Below are positions 17,214-32,670 of a DNA stretch of 64,000 nt, piece after piece. The first letter of the stretch is position 1, and each line of letters begins with the position of its first letter. Origin of the DNA: the human T2T-CHM13v2.0 reference genome, Homo sapiens; assembly GCF_009914755.1 (NCBI RefSeq), contig NC_060939.1. The stretch is one strand, 5' to 3'. The notes beneath the pieces were generated by a model. That model was not told where the DNA came from. It ran no database searches and was given only the letters and a program-made list of their open reading frames with translations. Made by a program: the position numbers and the translations under genes.

Positions 17214-17421
17214 AGGATAGATCTAGACTGTTTCTCTTCTAGAGTCCAGGGGGGATTTGAATCCAATTGTGATCATCCTATTAAAAAAACAAGTCTCTGA
17301 GGCCAATTATGATCTTACCTGCCTGGAATCCACTCAGAAGCCATTGGCTTGATCTAGAATAACTGAGGCTATCTGATTGGCCCTGCTGGCTTCAACCATA
17401 TGTGCTTTCTCTCCATTACAG

Positions 17422-17792
17422 CCAGAGGAAGAGCATTTGGCCTGTGATATCACCGGATCCAGTTCATCCACCGATGACACGGCTTCACTGGACCGACATT
17501 CTTCTCATGGCAGTGATGTGTCTCTCTCCCAGATTTTAAAGCCAAACAGGTCAAGAGATCGGCAAAGCCTTGATGGATTCTACAGCCATGGGATGGGAGC
17601 TGAGGGTCGAGAAAGTGAGAGTGAGCCTGCTGACCCAGGCGACGTGGAGGAGGAGGAGATGGACAGTATCACTGAAGTGCCTGCAAACTGCTCTGTCCTA
17701 AGGAGCTCCATGCGCTCTCTTTCTCCCTTCCGGAGGCACAGCTGGGGGCCTGGGAAAAATGCAGCCAGCGATGCAGAAATGAACCACCGGAG
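17422..17792 (+). CDS. AKAP13: AKAP13 coding exon (PEEEHLACDITG...LSPFRRHSWGPGKNAASDAEMNHR), 371 nt, phase 0 to 2; contains the PKA-phosphorylated 14-3-3 site (Ser codon 17740-17742; Ser1565 by recalled numbering)
   Basis: ccattacag acceptor, GAG|gtgaga donor; ORF 17377..17796; RRHSWGP motif. Confidence 0.96.
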
Positions 17793-18241
17793 GTGAGATG
17801 GGAGGCGGTTTGTTTAGTGTCTCAGTGTCTGCTTGCTTTTGAGAAGCTTCTGATTTGTATTATTGTTGGTAAAAGAATTTAGGAGACCCCATAGTATAGA
17901 AGAAAGAATATAGGCTTTGGAATCAGGAAAATCTGTGTTCAGACCCCAGCTCCAAAATTTACTATGTAGATGACCTTGGGCAAGTCACCTGACCCCTCTA
18001 AGCTTTAATATTCTCATCTGTAAAATACCTTCATTATTATTTTTAATAATACAATGAAATGTGATTGTCATATAATGAGTGTTTAGTAAATGGGAATGTT
18101 TATTCTTACCACATTAATGAAACTTATGAATGAGAAAATATTGGAGGCAGTAGTTTCATGTCAACTTTGAATTAAGAAACAAACATGAAGTCTTACAGTC
18201 TTAACACATCAAAGTCTTTCAGAGTATTTTCTGAGAATTAA

Positions 18242-18752
<511 letters not shown>

Positions 18753-18877
18753 TGAATTTGACTTCTGACTGCTGGCTGGCTAGACAAATGTAAGCAGATG
18801 GTTTTAGCTTTAAAGAATGAGTATGGTAGTGCCTACTATATTTACAAGAGTGTGCTTATTCCAAAGCTACTTTGCTA

Positions 18878-19243
<366 letters not shown>

Positions 19244-20541
19244 TTATGGCTGTGTAATCACATTCATTCACTTATTTATTCAGCCAACATATATTGAACA
19301 CTCACTATGTGCCAGACTCTGCTCTAGGTTCTGGAGATAGGTAAACAAGACAAAGTCCCTGCCTGCATGGAGCTCACAGTAATACCTTCTTACACTTTCC
19401 TAATTTGCTAATCTTTTCAGACTCTCTTTATAACACATTTCTGATATAATTTTTCAGTCCTCTCCATGAGTCGAGTGGTATTATCCCCATGTTTGCAGAT
19501 GAGAAGACTGGTGCAGGTAGTTTGCATCATTTATCCAAGGTCTCTGGTCTCTTAGTCAAATGCCGTTTCTATAATTCCATATTATTCTATGGTGGCATGT
19601 AGGATGCTAACCTTAAAAATAAGCAGCATGCTTTTTCTGCTAGCTTGTTTTTATATACGTTTGAGACCCTAGATTTTATAAAAAGTAATTTCCCAGTTTT
19701 GCTCGTGGTGTACTCTTTTTTTTTTTTTTTTTTTAAGCATTCAGAGCAACAGAAAATGTAAGAGCATGGTGAATGATCCCTACAGCCAGAGCTTGAAGCA
19801 AATGTAACTTTTTTGGCAGGACAGTCTTATCTTAAATGATAACAGCATCAAGGAATGAGGGTTTATTTTCTATACAATCCCCTTTTCTTTATAATCCACT
19901 ATGGGTTCCTTTGTCACAACTTTGATTTTAGAGCTACATGTGACTGTGTCTGTCATGTAGCTCAGATGAGGAAATTGAAGCTCAGAATAAATGATTTGCC
20001 CAAAATTACATGGTGATCTCAGTTCAGTTCTAGACTGAACTGAGACTAGAACTCTACTTCTTTTCATCCTGCATAATGTCATGGGATCTCCTGTTTGAAT
20101 TTACTGCTAGGGCTTACCTAGGACCACTGTCCTAATACCTCTGAAGATAATGGAATGAGAGTGAGGTTTTAATTAGTTTGGCTAATTGTTATGGTATTAC
20201 CTGCATGTAGTATAACCTGAATTTTAAAGTGTTAAGAAAAACCCCTTTAAAGCTTTGAGTAGTAATTTTTTTCTGATTCTTTAATAATTTAATAAACTTT
20301 GTAACTTTTGCCATCTGATTAACTCCTTGGAGCAAGGGGAGGAGCAAAGTAGCCCTCCACAGAAACTGTCAGGCCCTTTTGGTCCTGATGTTTTTCTCAT
20401 TCCACATTCCTTCATTCTCTTGCCTGTGCCATTTCTCTTTGAGCAGTGTCTCTCTCCCCAGTGTGGTGTCTGTATGTTTCATGCATTTGTATCCCATTTT
20501 GTTTCACCTGCAACACTGACCTCTTCACCATTCATTTTCAG

Positions 20542-20595
20542 TTCAATGCGAGTTCTTGGGGATGTTGTCAGGAGACCTCCCATTCATAGGAGAAG
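20542..20595 (+). CDS. AKAP13: AKAP13 alternative exon D1 (S-SMRVLGDVVRRPPIHRR), 54 nt, symmetric phase 2
   Basis: cattttcag acceptor, AAG|gtacag donor; in frame between flanking exons; matches recalled AKAP13 isoform sequence. Confidence 0.92.
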
Positions 20596-22069
20596 GTACA
20601 GAGTTCATTAACTTGATGGACTAACCATGTCACCTCTGAGCATATACTAACAAGCATCTCATTCTGCTTAATCCATGATTGGATCATCTACTTTTAAGTA
20701 ATGTCCCATCTAATTCAGGCAAATAAAATATAGGTACTTATTAATTGCTAGTGTCCATTTTATATGAAATGGTTTCTTTAATTTGAAGTTTTATGCTATT
20801 TTATCTTTTTTAAAAATTATTTTTAATTTTTTTAAATCTTGTGCTTATTGTTGTTCAGATGACTGTGAGAATAGGGTCTCACCTAGCTTTCTCTAGGAGA
20901 GTTCGAAGAATTGTCTATGTCGTGCCTATTTAATGGACCCTGGGGAGTACTTTTTTTTTCTTTTCCACAAAAGAAAAACCAGGAATGTGTGTGTGCTTGT
21001 GCACAGGCCCTAAAGTATTGTCAACACATTGTTTAATAATGTAATGAAAGACTTTATTACTAGGCCACCTGGCATTTTCCATTCCATTGTGGATATAGTC
21101 ATTTCTTAAAGCAAGTCAGAGGCATAAGTTCATTCCTTGGCCTTTGAATTCCTTAATTAGTATTTGTCAGGTAATATTTTGAAGCTAAAAATAAACGATT
21201 TATAAGCTGAGAAGTAATTTCTAGTCAGATTGCTAATTTGCTTCAAATTTTCCGTTGGATTTTCTTTAGAAGTCATTAGTGACCTTCCATTGTTTAGAAA
21301 AATATTTAGAAATCCAAAAATTAGGGTTATATTACTGTTAGTTTCTCAGGAGGCATTTGTAAAGAAGTATTTTTAACTATTAGCTGAACCTGTTTGTTGG
21401 CAAGTGGGCAAATAGTGATCTTTCCTACTTTGTCTTTTTCAAGTGGATGCTTTCTTTAATTCCAGATTTTAGGCAAGAAATTGAGCTGAAATTCAGATAT
21501 TCTCATGAATTTCAGATAATCATGATTCCTATGAAATTGTTCTTCCAGAAAATAAGTTGTTAAATAAGTTTTAACCCCATCTCTACTAAATAAGTTTTTC
21601 AGTAGAAGGTTCTTTGGAGATACGTTTGTCTGGGTCTTTATTAAAGCTCTTCAATATGAGCTTATTAAAAACATGCACTTGATGACAAGGTGGGAGACGA
21701 CAGATTGCTGGATGCAGTCTGAGTTAGTGTATACATGGAGTGTCATCAACAACTCCAGCCAGTTTCATCCCTAGTGAAACTTATTTTTGTAGGAAGAACG
21801 TAATGTATAATTTAAAATTTTATAAAATTGAAACATTACAACAGGTATTATAAGGCAGGAGGAGGGACATTTGTTGTTTTTTAATCTAGAACTTTACAAA
21901 TCTCAAAGCCAAAGAACTACTAAATATTATCCCTACTAATTGAGGAATTGAGGAAATGACGATGCTTTCCAAAATACTCTTAATTATGAAAGGAGTTTTC
22001 TGTTACCAGAAAGGGCAGACGTTGTAGACCATCTGCAGCTTCCTTCCTGGTACCTTAGAAAAGCTGTTA

Positions 22070-22389
<320 letters not shown>

Positions 22390-23429
22390 TTATGTCTGTC
22401 TTCCTATCTCCCTATTGTTTTTCACTCTCTTCGTGTTAAATCTCCTCACAGTCTTCCACATCATTGTCATATCCTGGAAGTAAAGGAACATTTAAATCTG
22501 TAGAAGGAGATTATTTTTAAGAATGATGGTTTGGCAGTGTATGTTCAGTTACTGATTTGCCACATTCTGTTTCTAAAAAAGAAGTTGGATATTTAGGTAA
22601 AAATATGCCTATTTATTAACTGGCGATTTAAAATTTAAGTTAATAATGTCAAAGAATGGACTTCTGAGTCTTATCTGTGTTTGTAAAATATATATCTTCT
22701 CCTCACACAAGTAAATTATGTCAGTGTCATCCCACTTACCAGACCAGCGAAGTGTCTCCACTATATTTTTACTTTCTGCTTCTGCACTTGTAAGCTTTAT
22801 ACCACTAATTTAATCTGATTTAAAATGTTTTATACTATTTAGTTTTAAATGATATGGTAAAGATTTTTTAAAAGAGCCATAGGGGTAGCTCTTACATCCT
22901 CCCACCCATTTTCCTTGTCTCCTTTCTCCAGCCAAAAACCCCACTTGACAACAAAACAAAGTTATTAGATGTGTCCAGTATAGGTGTTTTTGGTGCCAGG
23001 CCTTCCCATCTGCAAGATTCTGGAGGGAGCCGAGTGGTTTTATTGAGCCGAGTGTTTTTATTGTCCACAAGCTCTGCTTTTATCTCTTCTCAGAAAACAA
23101 AAGCACATCACCTAGAACTTTATGGCCCAGGTAGCAGGGTATTTTTTTAATGATAGCTTTTGTTAATAAAAATCCCAACATTTCCATGCAGTTTCCTTTA
23201 TAGAACACACAATATTTTGAATTGATTATTGTTTTAGCTAGTGGTGTTTACTTAGCATTTCCAACCCCAGATTTTCTGTCCTTGCTACTTGATAATGGAC
23301 ACCGCTACTGGGATATTCAAGGAAGTAGATGATCAGATGGATTTTTTTTATCTTGTAGGAAAAATGGAAACAAACTTGAAATTAAAAAGATACATTTCTA
23401 ACTCAGTGCCATAGAATTCCTTTTTTTTA

Positions 23430-23842
<413 letters not shown>

Positions 23843-24393
23843 CTAAGTATCTTATCATGCAGAATCTATTAATGTCTGGTTTGGTTGGATCCGTAATGGA
23901 AACACATGAAAAAAAAAAAAAAAAACCGGATGACTCCATGAGCCCACCAGAGCACAGTTTGTCACTGTCTCTTTTAAAAAGTCTAGGATTAGAGATACTA
24001 TGGTAAGGGTGATGTGGGAGTATGCGATGTACTGAGAGATTGTACCCAGTGGTGGAGTTTGAAATACCTCTCATGTCTGAAGAGCAAGCCATAGGTAGTT
24101 GCCACAGTTCACTAGAAGGAATTTTTGGGTTTCAGGTTGAACTGGTGATACTGTAAAGAACCCACAGTCTTTTTCCACAATGCTGTCTAGACAAGAAGAA
24201 AATATTTTTAAGTTTCTATGATTTTTTATTATAGCCTTTTTAAAAATTGTCAGTGTTACATTCCTAAATTTTTTGTTGATCGCATAAATCCGTCTGTCTC
24301 TAACTATGCCCTTCGTTTTTAAACCTAATAACCCCATTCCTGTTTCCTCTTTTCTCCCTGCATTTCTGTTTCTGTCTTTGATGTCATCCCCAG

Positions 24394-24459
24394 TATGAGC
24401 TGGTGCCCCTCTGGTGTGCAGTACTCTGCTGGCCTGAGTGCTGACTTTAATTACAGAAG
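24394..24459 (+). CDS. AKAP13: AKAP13 alternative exon D2 (S-MSWCPSGVQYSAGLSADFNYR), 66 nt, symmetric phase 2
   Basis: long pyrimidine tract plus ccccag acceptor, AAG|gtatga donor; start of ORF 24395..24655; matches recalled alternative isoform, 4 aa longer than D1. Confidence 0.9.
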
Positions 24460-24993
24460 GTATGATATTGTTATGTGTCCCGCCACCAAATGGGGAACCA
24501 TAAAATACGCCATCAGGGCTTTTGGCTTGGAGCTGGCTTCTGTGTGGCTGGGATGCATATGGGCAGCCTGCTTTGTCTGTGAGCACAGCATTTCATTGCC
24601 TTTGCTATGGGTGTCACTAACTCAGCTGAAGGGATGCAGCCTAAGAGTCGGGTGATGCATCCTGTATGTCTCAAATGGCCATAGATTTGATGTTTTCTGC
24701 ACAGATTTATCTCTCTCTGTTTTGGTTTGTCTTGATTTTCAGATCCTAAAAATTCTTGGAACCCGAAGAAAACAATCAAAGAACCAAGGCAGCTAATAAG
24801 ATGCACTGATTTCTATTATGCTTCTAAATCCACCATTCTGTGTAGATTCCAAATTCAGAGACTCCTCATCGTTTCATATTCTTCTCTCAACTGAACAGCC
24901 AGATTTAATTACTAAAACATTTTCAGAATTAAGTTTTGCAGTAAGCATAGATCTGGTTTTCTTAGGCTTTTCAAGTAATTTCTTCTTCACTTA

Positions 24994-25375
<382 letters not shown>

Positions 25376-26568
25376 TTAGTCATGATTTCTATTATATTGA
25401 AGAAAAACATATCCATTGTTTAGTTTACCTACTAGAGAAAATAGAGTTATATGGCTTCAGTTCGTTAAGTTATTTACAAAACCAAAATAAATAAATAAAT
25501 AATTTAAAAAAGCAAATACAAGTCCTGGACTGGTAGGTATGAACTTAATTGGAGCAATTTTCTGTACAGTTTTCCTTGAGTGGAGGTAACTAAGTAGCTT
25601 CAGTATACCTTCAGATTGAATTCCAGCTCATTGTTAGCGGAGAACATGGTCAGCTACAGCTATGTTTCGAGATCTTGGTTATTTTAAAGAAGTTTCCGCT
25701 GCAGTTGTAACAGATGTGAATTACTCTAGTTAGCAACCCAAGGAGGTTAAATCGCTAACCTGTCTCTGTAGCCTTCTGCTTACTGAAAATGCTTTTCATT
25801 CTGCAAACCACAGAATCTGTCTTGGAGGAATCCTCTTTAAAATGCCAAATCCTGACTGCCTTTGTTCCCTTTACCAATATCCAGGCAAAAAATTACAACT
25901 CTTTCTACTCTTAGACCAGGTTGCTTTTCAGCATTTGTTCATTAAGGTGTTATATGTGCCTGTTGCAACTAACAATTCTCGAGAAGTCTGTCAGCAGTTG
26001 TTTGGCCAGGTGTGCATAGATGGTAACACTCATGAGTAACACTTGGGTTTTCTTGGGTGAAAGCATACCTGTAAAATTATAAAGGTCAACTTGAATGTAA
26101 AATTATAAAGGTCCACTTAATGGACATAAGGGCAAGTTACCCAGTTTGCCTTCTGAAAGTTACTTAAGCTCGTATTTTCTCTGTGACATTTAATTACTTG
26201 GCATTAGTAGAGTTAGATTCACAAAGATTAATTAGATCAAGGAAAAAACACATATATAAAATATCAGATAACTATGGTCTGTCCATATAGTGTGTAGAAA
26301 AAAATCTGAGAAGTGATCTTAGGTGGTTCAACATTTGGATAAATTTAATGCGGTAAGAAAATCTAAGTGCAGTATTCTTTCTCAGTATTCCAAGATCTGT
26401 GGGGGAAAGGTAGGTAGTATTCTTTGTGCCATGCCCTTTTAGACAGTTTTGCTAGCTGACATAGAAATAATACACAAACAAGGGAGATATACCCAAAGGG
26501 ATTTTGTGTCCTCCTTTGTTTTTGAGACCCAGAAATAGAATGAATTAACTTTTGTGCCCTATGTTCAG

Positions 26569-26761
26569 TTTCAGTCTAGAAGGCTTGACAGGAGGAGCTG
26601 GTGTCGGAAACAAGCCATCCTCATCTCTAGAAGTAAGCTCTGCAAATGCCGAAGAGCTCAGACACCCATTCAGTGGTGAGGAACGGGTTGACTCTTTGGT
26701 GTCACTTTCAGAAGAGGATCTGGAGTCAGACCAGAGAGAACATAGGATGTTTGATCAGCAG
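26569..26761 (+). CDS. AKAP13: AKAP13 coding exon (FSLEGLTGGAGVGNKPSSSLEV...REHRMFDQQ), 193 nt, phase 2 to 0
   Basis: atgttcag acceptor, CAG|gtaagt donor; ORF 26552..26782. Confidence 0.95.
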
Positions 26762-26908
26762 GTAAGTCTTAAATATGTCTAATTTGGAAAAAATATATTT
26801 CACAAAATATGAACATAGAAGGCAAGGCTTCTGGTAGTATAAGGCTAGTAGCTATGATTACTTACCCATTATATGATATACTTAATCTAGCACTAAACCA
26901 AGTGTTTA

Positions 26909-27230
<322 letters not shown>

Positions 27231-27528
27231 AAGACTACGTTAATCTGCATAGATTTAAATATTCCATCAAGGCACACTTTTTAAAATTAGGAAAGTATCC
27301 AGGATATTAAATTGAGTTTTTCCTTCTTATCTGAGACCATCTTTTACCCTCTCAATAGTAAACTGAATCTTGAAATACGCTACATATCGTTATTAATTTT
27401 CCCAATTCTCTAAAACATATCCCAAGTTTCTCCTTTGTAGGAAAAAAATTAAAAACAAAACTTTCTTACTACACCTTCCAGGAAATGTCAGTTGATTCTC
27501 TCTCCTTCCCATCCCTACCAGAATTCTT

Positions 27529-28495
27529 TTTTTAAAAAATTATTATTTTTACACTTTAAGTTCTAGGGTACATGTGCACAACGTGCAGGTTTGTTACATA
27601 GGTATACATGTGCCGTGTTGGTTTGCTGCACCCATTAACTCGTCATTTACATTAGGTATTTCTCCTAATGCTATCCCTCCCCCAGCCCCCTACCACACAA
27701 CAGGCCCCGGTGTGTGATGTTCCCCGCCCCGTGTCCAAGTGTTCTCATTGTTCAGTTCCCACCTATGAGTGAGAACATGCGGTGTTTGGTTTTCTGTCCT
27801 TAGCGATAGTTTACTCAGAATGATGGTTTCCAGCTTCATCCATCTCCCTGCAAAGGACATGAACTCATCCTTTTTTATGGCTACATAGTATTCCATGGTG
27901 TATATGTGCCACATTTTCTTAATCCAGTCTATCATGGACATTTGGGTTGGTTCCAAGTCTTTGCTATTGTTAACAATGCCATAATAAACATACATGTGCA
28001 TGTGTCTTTATAGTAGCTTGATTTATAATCCTTTGGGTATATACCCAGTAATGGGATCGTTGGGTCAAATGGTATTTCTAGTTCTAGATCCTTGAGGAAT
28101 CGCCACACTGTCTTCCACAATGGTTGAACTAGTTCACAGTCCCGCCAACAGTGTAAAAGCGTTCCTATCTCTCCATATCCTCTCCAGCATCTGTTGTTTG
28201 CTGACTTTTTAATGATCACCATTCTAACTGGTGTGAGATGGTATCTCATTGTGGTTTTGATTTGCATTTCTCTGATGGCCAGTGATGATGAGCATTTTTT
28301 CATGTGTCTGTTGGCTGCATAAATGTCTTCTTTTGAGAAGTGTCTGTTCATATCCTTTACCCACTTTTTGATGGAGTTTTTTTTTTCTTGTAAATTTTTT
28401 TAAGTTCTTTGTAGATTCTGGATATTAGCCCTTTGTCAGAGGGGTAGATTGCAAAAATTTTCTGCCATTCTGTAGGTCGCCTGTTCACTCTGATG
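27529..28495 (-). mobile_element. 5'-truncated L1PA (about L1PA5/6): ORF2 C-terminal cysteine-rich region plus 3' UTR
   Basis: ORF 27932..28351 ([27 protein letters not shown]) is the L1 ORF2 C-terminus; 15-bp TSD cctaccagaattctt at 27514-27528 and 28496-28510, followed by aa (L1 endonuclease-type site). Confidence 0.95.
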
Positions 28496-28548
28496 CCTAC
28501 CAGAATTCTTAAGAGAGCATCTATGCTCCCTGCCTTCTCTTTTTAAAA

Positions 28549-28720
28549 TTTTATTTATTTATTTACTTATTTAGAGACAGGGTCTCACTCTGTCGCCCAT
28601 ACTGGAGTGCAGTGGTGCCATCACAGGTCACTGCAGCTTCAACTTCCCCAGTTCAAGTGATCCTTCTGCCTCAGTCTCCCAAAGTGCTGGCATTACAGGT
28701 GTGAGCCACTGTGCCTGGCC
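28549..28720 (-). repeat. Short Alu (monomer-length or internally deleted)
   Basis: (TTTA)n tail; flanking tgccttctcttt direct repeat. Confidence 0.85.
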
Positions 28721-30666
28721 TTTGCCTTCTCTTTATCACCATCTAATCATCTCTTAATTTCTGCTGCTACCAGTCTCTTGAAACTCCTGTCTTGAAGGTC
28801 ATGGATTTCCATGTCAGCCAAATCAAAGTGACTTCTTAGTTCTCATCTTCTGGATGTCCTCATTATCACTTACCACTTTTGACAATCCCTTGGGGAGCTT
28901 TTGAGTTGAGAATTCAAATTATTTGCTTTTATATCATTGTACCTCACTGCAAGTCTTTTCTCTTCCTCTTGGGTCAGAAGACTGATTAATTTACGAAAGC
29001 ATTCTGGGATGCATCTTATTTCCTCCAAATGAAACACTTACAATTTAAAAAAAAACTGTTTTTGAATAGATGACTGGAGTTTGAGGCAAGAATCTAATGA
29101 TACATTTCTAATTAAACAAAAACATTGACAACCTCTTCCTTGATTTGCTGAGTAGGACTTTGTGTAGAAGTTTAAATTTTTATTGCATCCTACTATGAAG
29201 CACTAACATGACCAAATATAAACTTGACACTGAAGGATTATCTTAGTAATTATTGTAACACTTATGCTTGTGTGAGACCAGACAAATAAAGAGATTTAGG
29301 CATAATGAAAATCAGTTGAAGAGTGAATTTTGCCCCTTTTAAAAATTTTTCTACTTGTTCTGATACTTCAGAAAGAGTTAGAAAAAATAAGAATATGAAG
29401 AATATGCTTGTTGAAGCAAGTGATTTAGATTTACTCAGCCTAATGGTAACAGAGAAAGGAAGAAAAAAATAGGAACAATTCTTGGATGGCTACTGAGCAC
29501 AGCTTTGCTAAGGGTAAATAAACAGTGAAAAAATCTTTAAAATAAATTGCATTTCAAATTTATAGAATCCTTTGGAAATCATTTACAAGATGAGGTAAAA
29601 TACCAAAATTGTGGATTTGTAAACAGAATCATAGGCCAAGACTGACATATCCCTTCAGATTTAGCTCCAGCTCATTTAAATGACTTGCCTAAGGCCGTGT
29701 AAGTGGCTATTAGCTGAACAGTATTAAACTCAAGAGTTCCTGGCTATTAATTTCTCTGCTTTTTTCCAGGTTTTTGGAGTAGGTGAGTTTTCAAGGAGGA
29801 AATAAGAATGATTTAATTTTCTTAATATTATTTATGTGATACCTTTTCTAAGATGGATATTTCCGGGAATTTGACAGATAACCCTGCATTTTAGTAAGAC
29901 GTTACTACTACTGATGTGTTTCTAAAATGGACTGTCTTTCTGAAGTGGACTTTCTGATTCAGTCTTTCTAGATAAAGTTGTTGTTTTAGTGCCTTGCTAT
30001 GCTTAGCCTTCCTGGAATCTCTACTTACCCATAGTTTTTATCTTGTATGGAACCTCAGAGTAGGCATTTGAGCTGCTTGTTTCACTCTGATCTAGACGAG
30101 TTGCCTGTAGCCAACTTCCTGTTAAAAGTCTCTGCCTTTCACTGAGGTCATTTTTTAGACCTCACAGTTGTATTTGAAACATAGCAACTGTTTGCCTCAG
30201 CTGCCATGGTTACACATGAAACAAGCTCTAAATAATCAGAAGTCTGGCCTAAGTGAGTCAAGTTCATGCTAGTAACGGATTTTTCACTGCTTCCCTTTCA
30301 ATATGTGAGTCATAAGGAGGCAGATTTCATTCTGTGAAGGGAAAGGATTAATGATAAAGTCAGTTAACAATTGGAATGGGCTCTTATCACCAGAAGTGTG
30401 CTAGTGGACACTAGATGACTGTCTTTCAGGGATGTTGTACCAGGAACTTCTGCAGGTGGTTGGATTACATGGTCTCAAAGCTGCTGTGAATTTACTGAGA
30501 GAGTTAAATTATCAAATTTCAGTTACCTTTACGTTCATGTAGAATCACTATCATCTTAGAAGAGGATAGGGAAGAGATTTAGGCTTCTTTCCAGATACAC
30601 TGTTGTTTTGTTTGTGATCTTAAGACACTTTACTTGAATCTCAATTTCCAATTATTTAAAATCAGA

Positions 30667-31265
<599 letters not shown>

Positions 31266-31728
31266 AGTAAAATCAGAATACTATTACTGATATTCTACTA
31301 TATCTGTATGAAGAAATATTTAGATTTTCAAAGAACAAGTATTGTATGTAGTTTGATATTTCCAGTGAAATTATTTTTAAGTGATTATGCATCCAGCAGA
31401 TATTTATTAAGTACTTACTAAGTTTGAAACATTGTTAGATGCTATGAGGGATACAGAACCACTGTAAAGAATGGATACTCTAATGATCCCCATTTTACAG
31501 ATGAGAAAACTAAGCCTCAGAAAAGCTAAGTAACTTCTCTGAAACTGAGCAGCTGTTAAGTAGCAGGAGCAGACTTTAACCTAAGTCTGTCTGACCACAA
31601 GGCCTGTGCTCTCACCCGCTTCTTCACTGCCTTATTTTACTATGTGGGTCTAATTATAAGGTTTTATGCTTATCTAGAAATATGAGAGTATATGCTTACA
31701 ACGTGTTCTTCACTTTTTTACTTCACAG

Positions 31729-31837
31729 ATATGTCACAGATCTAAGCAGCAGGGATTTAATTACTGTACATCAGCCATTTCCTCTCCATTGACAAAATCC
31801 ATCTCATTAATGACAATCAGCCATCCTGGATTGGACA
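31729..31837 (+). CDS. AKAP13: AKAP13 coding exon (ICHRSKQQGFNYCTSAISSPLTKSISLMTISHPGLD), 109 nt, phase 0 to 1
   Basis: ttttttacttcacag acceptor, ACA|gtgagt donor; open in the required frame (translated by hand; not in ORF track). Confidence 0.94.
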
Positions 31838-32089
31838 GTGAGTATACTACTTTTTAAAAAAATTAAATATATTAAATCTTAACCACTCTTCCTATTATTT
31901 TTCTCACTTTAAGGCCCCATAACATTACCTGCCAAAATTTGCTTACTACTTCTTTGAGTGAATGGCTCAGCACTTAAACAGAAAAGGTGGCATAGAGTTT
32001 ATCTTGAGATCTTCTTCCTTTTACCTAAAAATATCCCTAATACATTAAGTTTATTGTATTTGTGGGCATGAATCTGACACACTTTTTAA

Positions 32090-32670
32090 AATTTTTTTAT
32101 TTGGAAATAATTTTAGACTTGAAAAATAGTTACAAATAATATTCACTGGGGAAAAAATTGCAAAAATAGTACAAAGTATTCCCATGTATTCTTCACGTCC
32201 AGTCCTCAAATGTTAGAATACTTGTTTCGCCAGCCTCTCTCCCTCTCTTTATCACTCCCCTAAAGATTTTTTCTGAAACACTTGAGAGAATAAGTTATAT
32301 CCATAACTCTCCTTTACCTCTAATTTAGTGTATATTTCCTAAAAACAAAGATATTGTCTTATATTACCATAGTATATGGGTACCATATACTGGCCTTCTC
32401 TGGCTACTGAGTGCTAGCATTAGTATATAAGAGTACCTTATACTCTTATATACTGTGGTAGTACTGTATTACAGTAGTCTAATTATCCAAATCAGGAAAT
32501 TAATATCGATAAAATTGTGTTATCTAGTATGTACACCTTATTCAGATTTCAAATTTTCTCACTTATTTCTGGGTCCAAGATTCAATCTAAGAATATACAT
32601 TGAATTAAGTTGTCATATCTCTTTAGACCACTTTAATCTAAAAAGTTCCTCAGTTGATCTCTGTCTTCCA
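32090..32670 (-). mobile_element. Old L1M(C/D) 3'-end fragment, interrupted by a complex insertion at about 32375-32480
   Basis: ggaaataattttagactt...gtgtatatttcctaaaaacaaagatatt...aattatccaaatcaggaaatt resembles L1M 3' UTR consensus. Confidence 0.6.

Noticed and set aside
24071-24586. 171-aa antisense ORF over exon D2, and similar antisense ORFs at 38976..39275 and 55184..55559
   Set aside because: No recognisable domains; likely shadows of sense exons and locally higher GC
27690-28351. Minus-strand 103-aa and 139-aa ORFs as a novel gene
   Set aside because: Frameshifted L1 ORF2 C-terminus inside a 5'-truncated element with no promoter
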